From Octopus sinensis (taxonomy: Eukaryota), in contig NC_042998.1 in the NCBI RefSeq assembly GCF_006345805.1, positions 7,750,001-7,814,000 on the forward strand: DNA of 64,000 nt, read 5' to 3'. Position 1 is the stretch's first letter. Each line of letters begins with the position of its first letter. This document shows positions 38,012-50,958 of this stretch, in pieces. A program made the translations under genes and the position numbers. The notes below the pieces were generated by a model. That model was not told the origin of the DNA and made no database searches. It saw nothing but the letters and a program-made list of their open reading frames with translations.

Positions 38012-38617
38012 GTAAGGGATTACTTTACGATATGTATTTAATTCTGCTATATATATATATATATCGACTTCTCTGTTACTTTTCGCGTAAGGTCCTACAA
38101 TCTAACACACACTCACACACAGTTATTTACGCAAAAGTTAGGATTTCTTTCTAAGTAATATTTAGTTTCTGCTTTTCTCTTAAATTGATCGGGATAAACT
38201 TAAATGAGAAACTCAGAGTGAGAAGATTCAGTTTCGTATAAACAAACTCCACTATTTTTATTTCATGCCTTTTCCCTCCTTTTGTAATTGTTTGTTCGTC
38301 TGTGGGTCTGTGTATGGATTTTTATGCGAGTGCGCACGCGTGCGTGTGTTTGTAAGATTGTGGAATTTTATGCGAAAAATAATAACTTTGTACGTATAGC
38401 AGAAACAAATATTTATTATGAGTAACCAAGACGGTGCCCCAGCATGGCCGTAATCCACTGACTGAAAGAAGTAAAAGAAATATAAAAGAAACCATTATTT
38501 ATATCTATGTATAAATATAAGTATAAAAGATAATGTTGTGTCCTTGTAGATGTGGTGTGAGCATTAGACTGAAAAAAATTCCAATGTGGTTCTAATAATA
38601 TGCATTTGTGTGTACAA

Positions 38618-39093
38618 GGCAGCGAGCTGGCAGAAACATTAGCACACCGGGCAAAATACTTAGCGGTATTTCGACTTAATCCGTTTGTCTGTCCTTGTTT
38701 ATCCTCTCTGTGTTTAGCTCCCTGTGTGTTGTAAAGAAATAGATATTTCGTTTGTCTTTACGTTCTGAGTTCAAATTCCGTCGAGGTCGACTTTGCCTTT
38801 CATCCTTTTCGGCGTCGATTAAATAAGTACCAGTTACGCACTGGGGTCGATATAATCGACTTGATCCGTTTGTCTGTCCTTGTTTGTCCCCTCTGTGTTT
38901 AGCCCCTTGTGGGTAGTAAAGAAATAGGTATTTCGTCTGCCGCTACGTTACGAGTTCAAATTCCGCCGAGGTCGACTTTGCCTTTCATCCTTTCGAGATC
39001 GATAAATTAAGTACCAGTTGCGTACTAGGGTCGATCTAATCGACTGGCCCCCTCCACCAAAATTTCGGGCCTTGTGCCTAGAGTAGAAAAGAA
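38618..39093 (+). mobile_element. Group B SINE multimer with terminal alternative tail
   Basis: Head GGCAGCGAGCTGGCAGAAAC; junctions AAGAAATAG(A/G)TATTTCG; ends TCGACTGGCCCCCTCCACCAAAATTTCGGGCCTTGTGCC. Confidence 0.85.
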
Positions 39094-39143
39094 TATGCAT
39101 TTATGTGTGTTTGTATTATTATTTTTCTTTTCTTTTTTGTTGT

Positions 39144-39492
39144 TGTGAGGGCGCATTGTTCAGGGGTTAGGGTATTCGGCTTCGATTATAAGGCCGTGAG
39201 TTCGATTCCTGTCGGAGCATTGTTTCCTTGAGCAAGACACTTTATTTCACGTTGTTTCAGTCCACTCAGCTAGCAAATAATAATAATGATAATAATAATA
39301 ATAATGAGAGTTGTACCTGGAATTTAAAGGGCAACCCATGTCATATTCTGTGTCAGGTTAAACCTCCCTGGGAATTACGTTAAGAGTGCGCGTGTCTCTG
39401 GAGTGCTCAACCACTTGCACGTTAATTTCAAGATCAGGTCGTTCCGTTGATCGGAACAACTAAAACAACTTGTCACCATGCCGACCGAGTGA
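39144..39492 (+). mobile_element. Group D SINE, diverged
   Basis: TTCCTTGAGCAAGACACTTTATTTCACGTTG CORE-like segment and CTTGCACGTTAATTTCA...CCGACCGAGTG tail. Confidence 0.7.
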
Positions 39493-40081
39493 CAGTTTAT
39501 TTTTTAATTTTTTATTGGGTTCAGACTACCAACGTCTGAATTTGGTATATTAACGTGAACGCATGTGAGTATGTTACGCAGTACTCCCCACTGCATCTCC
39601 TTTACTTTAATGTAATATTTTATATAATGGTAAGTTTTGTAAACACTTATAACGTTAAGATATGACATACAGACAGAAATTTTTATAACAATCAAAATAA
39701 AACATAGGTTAGGCCTAAATTTTGTCAGTTTGCAGTTGTTATTCTGGGTTATATAATTTTAATTGACAGCATTTCTTCGTGACAACTTAGTAACAAAGGC
39801 GAAACAAGGGCAAATAAATACACTGAGAATGGAGAGAGAAAAGAAAAGTGAAAAGCACAAAAGTAAAAGAAGAGACGCGATGCAGCTATAAGTTCTACGA
39901 AAGGGTTGTTATGGATTCAGACTGCTGGCTGCCGTTAACTGACACGGAACATCAACGGTCAGTATGTTAAACAATAAGGTCGTGTTTCTAATTACGTCTT
40001 GTCATGTCACATGGGTGCAAGAAACCAGTAGATTATAAGTGTAAACATGACCGGTTCGGTAAGATATGATAAAATTGACTT

Positions 40082-40205
40082 TAGGATTTAACGAAGTTCA
40101 CGCACACAGACACGCACACACACAGACACGCACACACAGACACGCACACACAGACACGCACACACACAGACACGCACACACACAGACACGCACATACACA
40201 GACAC
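40082..40205. repeat. (CACAGACACGCACA)n-type minisatellite
   Basis: About 7 copies of a 14-18-bp unit are visible. Confidence 0.85.
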
Positions 40206-40532
40206 ACGTGTGTGATTTTTATTGTTTCTATTTATTAGATTGCGATACATAGCAACAATCGAATGTTAAGTTTTAATGCTTTAAAGGAGATTAAAAACAC
40301 GACGAAATGAAAACGTATTGTGTGGTAGGTCTTAGAAAGTATTTAGGAAAATGTGGGAGCAATAATTGTTTGTAAAGAAAATACAGAAAATTACTTAAAG
40401 AAATGAAAACTTCCACATTGTTTACACACAAACAATATATGTATTATATGTATGCGTATGTAGATAGATAGAGACAGACAAATAGATAGACAGGTAGGTA
40501 AGTTGGTAGGTAGGTAGGTACATAGACAGACG

Positions 40533-40617
<85 letters not shown>

Positions 40618-40815
40618 TAGAATAGATAGAAAAACAGAGACAGACAAATAGATAGATAGATAGATAGATAGGTACATAAACAGACAGATGGGCGGATTGA
40701 TAGATAGAGACAGACAAGTAGGTAGTTAGGTAGGCAGATAGGTACATAACCAGACAGACGGGCGGATAGATAGATAGGTAGATAGATAGATAGACAGATA
40801 GACAGACATACACAC

Positions 40816-40881
<66 letters not shown>

Positions 40882-41138
40882 GCTCTCCGGCGGTTGCGGC
40901 GGCGAGGGTTCCCGTTGATCCGATCAACGAAACAGTCTGCTCGTGAAATTAAAGTGTAAGTGGCTGAGTACTCCACAGAGATGCGACTTTACGTTTAAGG
41001 TTCAAATGCTGCCGGGGTTGACTCTGCCCTTCATCCATTCGGTGTCAATAAAATAAATATCTGTGTAACACTGCGGTCGATATGATCGACTTAGCCTCCC
41101 CCACCCGAAATTGCTGGCCATATGCCAGGATTTGAGAC

Positions 41139-41205
<67 letters not shown>

Positions 41206-41207
<2 letters not shown>

Positions 41208-41383
41208 CCGATAGAGCGGAAATGGCGCTAGACTGGGACGGGTCTGATGTCTCGGAGGTGCTCTGAGAACCGGTCAGTCAAGCGGCGTCTTGTTTGACCG
41301 ATGTACAGGGAAGGGGCAGAACGAGCTGGAAATGCAGTAAATGACGTTACTAGAAGTGCAGGTAAAGGCGTCGGTGATGTGAT
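41206..41383 (-). pseudogene. Second Penelope-like GIY-YIG fragment
   Basis: HITDAFTCTSSNVIYCISSSFCP/SLYIGQTRRRLTDRFSEHLRDIRPVPV*RHFRS; clearly homologous to 33650-33830. Confidence 0.9.
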
Positions 41384-41385
41384 AT

Positions 41386-41764
41386 ATGTGGTAAGTAGCT
41401 TGCTAACCAACCACATGGTTCCGGGTTCTGTCCCACTGCATGGCATCTTGGGCAAGTGCCTTCTGCTATAGCCCCGGGCCGACCAATGCCTTGTGAGTGG
41501 ATTTGGTAGACGGAAACTGAAAGAAGCCTGTCGTATATATGTATATATATTTGTATGTCTGTGTTTGAGTGTCTGTGTTTGTCCCCCTAGCATTGCTTGA
41601 CAACCGATGCTGGTGTGTTTACGTCCCCGTCACTTAGCGGTTCGGCAAAAAAGACCGATAGAATAAGTACTGGGCTTACAAAAAATAAGTCCTGGGGTCG
41701 ATTTGCTCGACTAAAGGCGGTGCTGAAGCATGGCCGCAGTCAAATGACTGAAACAAGTAAAAGA

Positions 41765-41800
<36 letters not shown>

Positions 41801-42335
41801 ATATATATATATATATATATACATACATATATACACGTCCGCGCGCGCCAAGGTGGTTCGCTGGCATGCAAGGCAAACCGCTTACCGGTATGTTAACCTT
41901 CATTGTTCAAATTCCGCCGAGGTCAAAATGTGAAAACCAAAATATATATTGGTGGCTGTGTAGTAAGAAGCCGGCTTCACAACCACCTGGTTCCAGGTTC
42001 AGTTGCATTGTGTAGCACCTTGGACGATCGACTTCTGCTATAGCCTCGGCCCGATCAAAGTCTTGTGAGTGGATTGGTAGACGGAAACTGAAAGAAGCCT
42101 GTCGTATATATGTATATATATTTGTATGTCTGTGTTTGAGTGTCTGTGTTTGTCCCCCTAGCATTGCTTGACAACCGATGCTGGTGTGTTTACGTCCCCG
42201 TCACTTAGCGGTTCGGCAAAAAAGACCGATAGAATAAGTACTGGGCTTACAAAAAATAAGTCCTGGGGTCGATTTGCTCGACTAAAGGCGGTGCTGAAGC
42301 ATGGCCGCAGTCAAATGACTGAAACAAGTAAAAGA

Positions 42336-42386
<51 letters not shown>

Positions 42387-42850
42387 CATATATACACGTC
42401 CGCGCGCGCCAAGGTGGTTCGCTGGCATGCAAGGCAAACCGCTTACCGGTATGTTAACCTTCATTGTTCAAATTCCGCCGAGGTCAAAATGTGAAAACCA
42501 AAATATATATTGGTGGCTGTGTAGTAAGAAGCCGGCTTCACAACCACCTGGTTCCAGGTTCAGTTGCATTGTGTAGCACCTTGGACGATCGACTTCTGCT
42601 ATAGCCTCGGCCCGATCAAAGTCTTGTGAGTGGATTTGGTAGATGGAAACTGAAATAAGGATATCGTATATATATATGTGTGTGTGTGTGTGTGTTCCTT
42701 TGTTTCTGTGTTTGTCCCCCACCAGTGCTTGACAACCGGTGTTGTATTAGGCTTCTTTTAAAAAATAAATCCCGATGTCGATTTGTTCGACTAAAACCGT
42801 AGAGGGTGGTTCCCCAACATGATCGCAGCCAAATGATTGAAACACGTAAA
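41386..42850 (+). mobile_element. Group A SINE cluster containing a 571-bp tandem duplication
   Basis: 41495-42065 is repeated almost exactly at 42066-42640, including the unique spacer CACGTCCGCGCGCGCCAAGGTGGTTCG. Confidence 0.9.
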
Positions 42851-43276
42851 AGATATATAGTATGTTGAAATGGTTTAAACGAAAGTATTACAAAATGAAT
42901 GTAAAGTAACTAATGCAGCCGTTTCTATTTCGAGAATAAAATTTATGTATACGCTTTTTTAAAACGTACATAAGCATACACACAGATAGATACATAAGCA
43001 GAGAGATTTAAACAGGCATTCACGAACTCCCCCTTTACTCTATATGCAGGTGTGTCTCACATTACAGAAACACTGGTTACCGAATTTCACAATAACAGAA
43101 ATTATAAAGACTATTAAATTTTGAGATACCACCTGTAAATCCGCCTTCATTGAAACTCGCTTAAATTTTAAAGTTCATAAAAACTGAAATCGTGATCGGT
43201 ATAAAATGTTTTCCTTTATAAATAATGATTGTGTAGCGTAACACCTTTCTATGTCCAGTTGTTCCTTTATTATTTA

Positions 43277-43666
43277 TTAGCAGTATCGCCCGGCGTTGCT
43301 CGGGTTTGTAAGGGAAATAACTATATAAGCATTTTTAGAGATGTAAAGTATAATAGCCATCTCAATATGGCTAACCACAAGGTGGGGGGGTTACTGTAGT
43401 TTTTTACGTTCTGAGATTTAATAATAAATTTTTAGAGAGTTACTTCCCTTATATATGCCAAAAATGCATTAAAAATGGGAAAAATTTATGGTAAATTTTT
43501 TTTAATCGTAGACTCATCGTAGACCCGCGCTAATACCCAGAAGAGCTCGATATGAATCACGACTATAAGATACCCAGTTTTGGTTAAACTGCACCGCAAA
43601 ATGTAGTTAGGAATCTAAATCGTAGGAGACAGACAGCACACAACTTGACTTTTATATATAAAGATT
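43277..43666 (+). mobile_element. Non-autonomous Helentron/HINE-like element
   Basis: Starts TTAGCAGTATCGCCCGGCGTTGCTCGGG (subterminal hairpin); ends GACAGACAGCACACAACTTGACTTTTATATATAAAGAT followed by TT. Architecture typical of HINE/DINE-type elements. Confidence 0.55.
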
Positions 43667-44889
43667 TATTTTTGCGATCTTATTCTCCATAAAATTTTGC
43701 ACTTTTGTTACAAATTTTCGCTTAAAATATTCACAAGATTTATCTACATGTAATAAACTGATATTTCTATGTCTTTTCTTCGATATGCACATTCATAAAA
43801 TGAAGTACAACGTGCAGCAACTAAAATACTTTTTTAGATATTTAAAAGAAACAATCATTACTTGGAACTAGACTCATGAAAACTTACGCTAAACCAATCA
43901 AACTGTTTTTTCTTCATTTCTACAACGTACAAATTAGAAAGTGATTTAGTAGCAGTTTGTATCGACACAGATATTTTGGAATACGCCCAATTCTTTTAGC
44001 AAGTGTATGACCACCAATATATTTTTGAAATATCACATGGAAATCTATTCTAGAGCAGTTCGGTGGTTGAAGTGTTTTATGTCTGACATTTCTAGCTAAT
44101 ACTTCTCCTATAAATAAACTATGCATAGAAAGCAGAGACTAAACAAAACAGCTGAGGCTATGTTAGTTACTATAGTAGAAATGACATAGAAAATACTTGT
44201 AAAGTTTAACAAGAAAATAAGGTCATTTTGAAGTTTATGAAGAAGAGTTTATGATTACCCCGGAACTAGAGAAGGGAATTTGAAGATGAGCGTACAAAAT
44301 TTCAGAGCTGGAGATGAATAAATACAAGGGTGACATATAATGATCCAAACTTTTATATAGACGTATTTGTCTGCAGCAAGTATGGTATATAGTTTTCTTT
44401 GGTAGTGTATAGTTTTCTTCTCCTTCTTTTATCTCTTAGTTACACGTTGAAAAAGCAGAATGATATTTTCCTGCGAGATGATACAGCTAAATAAGCTCTG
44501 CCGCTGCATTTTATATTTTCATCCAATTGTCAACCTGTATTTGAAAATGTAATTTTGTATAAAACAAAAGGACGCAATTCATAGTCCTACGATTGGCTCA
44601 AAGTTTAAAATATTCTATTCTTTTATCTGTTTCAGTCATTGGATTGCGGCCATGCTGAGGCGTCGCCTCGAAATAGATACTAGTATTTATTTTAAGCTCG
44701 GTACGCATTATATAGTTTTCTTTTTGCCCGACCGCTGCGCATCAAAAACCAGCACTGTTGGACAGGCTGTGAGGGACAAATACAGACACAAAAGACGAAC
44801 CCTCCTTTGCACACACACGCGAGCACATATCTATCTATCTACCTACACACACACACACACACAACACACACACACACACACACACGCAC

Positions 44890-44950
<61 letters not shown>

Positions 44951-44955
<5 letters not shown>

Positions 44956-45261
44956 GAGACCCCCTTCGGTCACGATACAGACCATGGTATTGCACCAAGA
45001 AAGTTACCCTCCCAGACACAAGTCACCTATGCATACCGGTCTCCCTTCTCCACGCCAACAGTGTTATCCAAGAGAAAGGCAAAGGCCGATACAGCTTGGC
45101 ACCTGTGACGTCACAACTCATTTCTACAGCTGAGTGAATTGGAACAACGTGAAATAAAGTGTCTTGCTCAAGAACACATCACGTAGCCTGGTCCTGGGTT
45201 CGAACTCACAACATCACTATCGTAAGTTCGACGCTCTAACCACTGAGCCATGCGCCTTCAC
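44951..45261 (-). mobile_element. CORE-head SINE with a further distinct tail
   Basis: Head GTGAAGGCGCATGGCTCAGTGGTTAGAGCG...GTTCTTGAGCAAGACACTTTATTTCACGTTG; tail ...GTGACCGAAGGGGGTCTCAGAC differs from group D. Confidence 0.7.
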
Positions 45262-45544
45262 TCATATATATATATATATATGTATATGTGTGTGTGTGCA
45301 TGTATAACTCTGCTTCTGCATAGTTTGTGTCTATCCAATTTACTCAGAGAGCAAAGCATAGTAGCAAACGCTTGCCCTAAAGTTGTAGTGTAGTGAGACT
45401 GAACTCAAAGGCTCGAGGTCGCAAAGCAAGCTTCCTAACCACACAACCACGCCTGGGTAATTTTCCTGCGTAATTTCCTCCTTTCTTTATATATAGTTAA
45501 TTGAATGTATGTGGAATATGGAAGACGACTAGTATTTTCTTTTT

Positions 45545-45965
45545 TATACCTATTTCTTTACTACCCACAAGCGGCTAAACACAGAGGGGACAAACAAGGA
45601 CAGACATAGGTATTAAAATCGATTACATCGACCCCAGTGCGTAACTGGTACTTAATTTATCGACCCCGAAAGGATGAAAGGCAAAGTCGACCTCGGTGTA
45701 ATTTGAACTCAGAACGTAACGGCAGAGGAAATACTTATTTCTGTACTACCCACAAAGAGCTAAACACAGAGGGGACAAACAAGGACAGACAAACGGATTA
45801 AGTCGATTACATCGACCCCAGTGCGTAACTGGTGCTTAATTTATCGACCCCGAAAGGATGAAAGCCAAAGTCGACCTCGGTGGAGTTTGAACTCAGAACG
45901 TAACGGCAGACGAAATACGGCTACGCATTTCACCCGGCGTGCTAACGTTTCTGCCAGCTCGCCAC
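45545..45965 (-). mobile_element. Group B SINE dimer
   Basis: Same head and junction as the other group B multimers. Confidence 0.85.
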
Positions 45966-46322
45966 CCTTCTCTCTTTTTATACCTATTAAAGACACATGT
46001 GCTTCCGTGGCATAATCTATTGAAAGATTCCAGGTTTTCGTGTGACGGCTGATTGTTGATTTCAACTTTATCTTTATAACGCAAACAAACGTTCTGGCAT
46101 TTTTGGGGGGTGGGCTGGGGTGGGTCAAAAATGAAGGATAGCAATGGGCTATATTTTTGAAACTCTGATGCACACCATACTTTGCAAATGACTAATATAT
46201 CTAGGGATCAACTACGCACGTACGTGTGTGTGTTGGTACGTGTGTGAGTGAGCATGCGTGTGGGCTTGTGTGAAAATATGTATCATTACTCGTACGTGCG
46301 GGGATGCGTCTATTTGTCAACG

Positions 46323-46362
<40 letters not shown>

Positions 46363-46479
46363 ACGTCAAGCTGATTATGGTATGTCTATATCTATCTATG
46401 CACGGTTGTACATTTTGTAGACAAATATCTTCAGATGTGTATGTACGATATTTTTAAGTGTATATAGTTACGTATGTTT

Positions 46480-46668
46480 GTACGCCTGTGTATATGCCTG
46501 CGTGTGTATGGTGTGTTTGTTTTGCAAGCGTGTATATATACACATGATAGTTTATGTGTGTGTATGTTTGTGTTTATGTTTATATGAACATTTCCGTTTG
46601 TCTGCCTGTACATATACATATACGTTTGAATGTATGAGTTTTATATATATATACACAAATCGTATGCA

Positions 46669-46736
<68 letters not shown>

Positions 46737-46837
46737 TATACATAGATATATATGCATATACATAGATATAAATGCATATACATAGATATAAATGCATATA
46801 CATAGATATAAATGCATATACATAGATATAAATGCAT

Positions 46838-46893
<56 letters not shown>

Positions 46894-46906
46894 CATATAC
46901 ATATGC

Positions 46907-46937
<31 letters not shown>

Positions 46938-46988
46938 TATTCTTTGAATAATATATATCCCTCTATACACAATCATACAAACCCCCTT

Positions 46989-47037
<49 letters not shown>

Positions 47038-47100
47038 ATATGTATGCATATATGTATGGAGGTTTGAGTGTATACATATGTGTGTGCGTATATGTGTGCA
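46480..47100. repeat. Compound microsatellite field including a 20-bp tandem (ATGCATATACATAGATATAA)x5.5 at 46732-46842
   Basis: Directly visible. Confidence 0.9.
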
Positions 47101-47651
47101 CGCGTGCGTGTATCTGTGTCCATGGGTACCTCAGAGACAACCTACCTCCCTTCTTCCACTGTCTCCTTTGGGCGATAAAGATATTAAGAATGTAATATAT
47201 TACCATATTTCCCTTCTTTGCCATCATCATCAGCAGCAGAAGCACCATCATCAGCAGTAGCAGCATCCTCATCTTCTCCTTTCACCCTGACCTCAAATTT
47301 CTTCCCCATCAACTCCACCAGCACCGTGACTACCAACATTATCGTCATCCCAACATCATCACTTCCACCACATACGTCATCATCATCGCAACCATCTGAA
47401 TCTACATCCTAGTTATCACCACTTACAGTACTGCAGTATACAAATCACCACTGCCGGAGATATTATCACAACTTACATCTCAGTACGAGGAAGAAACACA
47501 TTCCCCCTACAGCACTATCAACAGCATCACTTTATCATTATCACTAATATCATCACCATTTTGATTAGCAGCATCAGTGCTCCTGCTCTCAGTAGCACAT
47601 AATTCACCCGTCTACCCTAATGTCACCCCGCTCCTACTGGTATGTGTATCG

Positions 47652-48616
47652 GCGAGCTGGCAGAATCGTTAGCACGCCGGGCAAAATGCTTAGCGGTATT
47701 TCGTCTGCTGTTACGTTGTGAGTTCAAATTCCGCCGAGGTCGACTTTACCTTTCATCCTTTCGGGGTCGATAAATTAAGTACCAGTTACGCACTGGGGTC
47801 GATGTAATCGACTTAATACTTATGTCTGTCCTTGTTTGTCCCCTCTATGTTTAGCCCCTTGTGGGTAATAAAGAAATAGGTATTTCGTCTGCCGTTACGT
47901 TGTGAGTTCAAATTCCGCCGAGGTCGACTTTACTTTTCATCCTTTCGGGGTCGATAAATTAAGTACCAGTTACGCACTGGGGTCGATGTAATCGACTTAA
48001 TACCTATGTCTGTCCTTGTTTGTCCCCTCTGTGTTTAGCCTCTTGTGGGTAATAAAGAAATAGGTATTTCGTCTGCCGTTACGTTCTGAGTTCAAATTCC
48101 GTCGAGGTCGACTTTACCTTTCATCCTTTCGGGGTCGATAAATTAAGTACCAGTTACGCACTGGGGTCGATGTAATCGACTTAATACCTATGTCTGTCCT
48201 TGTTTGTCCCCTCTGTGTTTAGCCTCTTGTGGGTAATAAAGAAATAGGTATTTCGTCTGCCGTTACGTTCTGAGTTCAAATTCCGTCGAGGTCGACTTTA
48301 CCTTTCATCCTTTCGGGGTCGATAAATTAAGTACCAGTTACGCACTGGGGTCGATGTAATCGACTTAATACCTATGTCTGTCCTTGTTTGTCCCCTCTAT
48401 GTTTAGCCCCTTGTGGGTAATAAAGAAATAGGTATTTCGTCTGCCGTTACGCTGTGAGTTCAAATTCCGCCGAGGTCGACTTTACCTTTCATCTTTTCGG
48501 GGTCGATAAATTAAGTACCAGTTACGCACTGGGGTCGATGTAATCGACTTAATACCTATGTCTGTCCTTGTTTGTCCCCTCTATGTTTAGCCCCTTGTGG
48601 GCAATAAAGAAATAGG
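47652..48616 (+). mobile_element. Group B SINE head plus five tandem 184-bp units, 13-bp TSD
   Basis: The unit-start GGTAT motif has its TAT at 47697, 47881, 48065, 48249, 48433 and 48617 (period 184). GGTATGTGTATCG occurs at 47639-47651 and 48615-48627. Confidence 0.92.
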
Positions 48617-48889
48617 TATGTGTATCGTTCTGGCGTTCTTTATGACTGAGCTTCTGTCAACCTATCTGGATATGAAGGGACTTTTCTTTACCGTTCCTTT
48701 AGTCACTGGGATCTCTTCGAACGAAACAAAACGTATTTTATCGGGTTTCTTCTTGTTAATAAAACTTCTCACTCAGTTCTTTATTCTTAGCGGTTTAAAT
48801 ATGTTCCTATGAACAACCAAACCCAGGACTATATACATACATACACACAAACACAAGAGAGTACACATACACACACACGTTTTTTTTTT

Positions 48890-49498
48890 AATTTGTTTTC
48901 ACTCATTTGACTGCGGCCATGCTGGAGTACCGCCTTGAATGTTTTTAGCCGAACAAATCTCCTCCAGGACTTATTTTCTAAGCCTCGTACTTATTCTATC
49001 GGTTCTCTTTTGTCAAACCGCTAATGTATGGGAACGTAAACACACGAATACCTATTTCATTATTATCCACAAGGGGCTAAACACAGAGGGGACAAACAAG
49101 GACAGACAAACGGATCAAGTCGATTACATCGACCCCAGTGTATAATTGGTACTTAATTTATCGACCCCGAAAGGATGAAAGGCAATGTCGACCTCGGCGG
49201 AATTTGAACTCAGAACGTAACAGCAGACGAAATACCGCTAAGTATTTCGCCCGGCGTGCTAACGTTTCTGCCAGCTCGCAGAGGAGGGGACAAATACAAA
49301 CACACACACACACACAGAGACAGACACACACACACACATACATAACGGGCTTCTTTCAGTTTCCGTCTACCAAATCCACTCACAAGGCTTTGGTTGACCC
49401 GAGGCTACAGTAGAAGACACTTGCCCAAGGTGACACGCACTGGAATTGAACCCGGAACCATGTTGTTGGGAAGCAAGCTTCTTACCACACAGCCACAC
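48890..49498 (-). mobile_element. Group A SINE interrupted by a group B copy (49040-49278)
   Basis: Group A tail at 48890-49035 and head at 49280-49498 flank a group B body and head. Confidence 0.75.
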
Positions 49499-49628
49499 CA
49501 GAGGCAGCATCAATACCGAGAGGAAATATTTATCTCCTCTTAAATGTGGATGTTCTGTTAGAACAAATTATACTGTAGTAATTACCCCGATGAATCTCTC
49601 ACATTAAGTTTTAGTGCAAAATGCACTC

Positions 49629-49662
<34 letters not shown>

Positions 49663-50052
49663 ATGTGTGAGGGTGCATGTGAATGTGATTACGTTTTGAG
49701 TCGGATAGGTTTGTGTTTAATTGTAAGATTTGTCTCTCTATTGGTTGGTCAGTAAACGATGAATCATTATAAAAACGAAGGAATGTAAAGGCCATGGTGG
49801 AAGGCAAAGGAAGTGGTATGGTTGTATGTTTGTATGTATTACGGATAGATCGACACCGGTTGACTTTTTAGTATAAGCTGACAGAAAGGAGAGTCCATTA
49901 GGGCTCAAAATACACAGAGCGGGATCTGTCAAGGCCGCAGAATTATGACAGAGAAAGGAAAAAGAGAGAGTAAGAGAGAAGGAAGTAGTAGTGAGATGTA
50001 TATGAAACGAGTAATTAAAAAGATAATTGGGTCAGAGTAACAAAATATGAAA

Positions 50053-50091
<39 letters not shown>

Positions 50092-50891
50092 GAAAAGTGA
50101 TAAAAAGAATTAGTGGCACTCCGATAGAACAATTAACTTGGCAGCAAACATGAATGAAAAGGTATAAAGAAATGTGTTTAGTTAATTAAATTCTTACATA
50201 ATTGAATTAGTGAAAGTTCTAATGCGACAAAATTAGTTGTTGCCAATATAATCCCCGACATTATAAGGTGGAAATTATTGAACCATTACATTGAAAACAG
50301 CAATATAATTTCAAATAGGTGTATGTGACAAAGGTTTAATGTTTTAAAATTAATTAAACATGAAATTTGTATATTATTATGAAACTTAAAGAAATGGTTG
50401 ACTAACGATGATATATATATATATATATTGCAAAATAATTATGATTATCTCCCCTTGAATTCACTTAGACGTTTTCTTTTACAACCAAACATCACAATTG
50501 TTCAAACTATCACAAGCACATCCCCTACACAAATAGACATAGTACACAAATAACAACTTCATAGTCAAATGTAAGCAAATACACCGCGAATTAGAAACTA
50601 ACCCGCTTCACAACACAAGCCAAATGCTTTCTAGACAAATCGATCGTTCTTCACTGGTCCTAGGATGAAACGACTGCTCACAGAGAGGCACTGAACCTTC
50701 AAATTTCCATAAGTTTTACTCAACAAATGTACTGAGATATCAATTCTTTTATTGGTAGTAGTAGTACCTACTGTAACCTAATTACTCTTTTTGTACAAGA
50801 TAACCAATATGTATGTGTGCGCGTTTGTGTACGTAAACATACATACATACATACATAATACATACATACATACATACATACATACATACAT

Positions 50892-50958
<67 letters not shown>

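Noticed and set aside
47200-47620. His/Gln/Ser-rich ORFs
   Set aside because: Degenerate (CAT/CAG/CAC)n low-complexity tract.
47697-48616. CRISPR-like or satellite array
   Set aside because: Units are whole 184-bp SINE bodies with no unique spacers; eukaryotic context.
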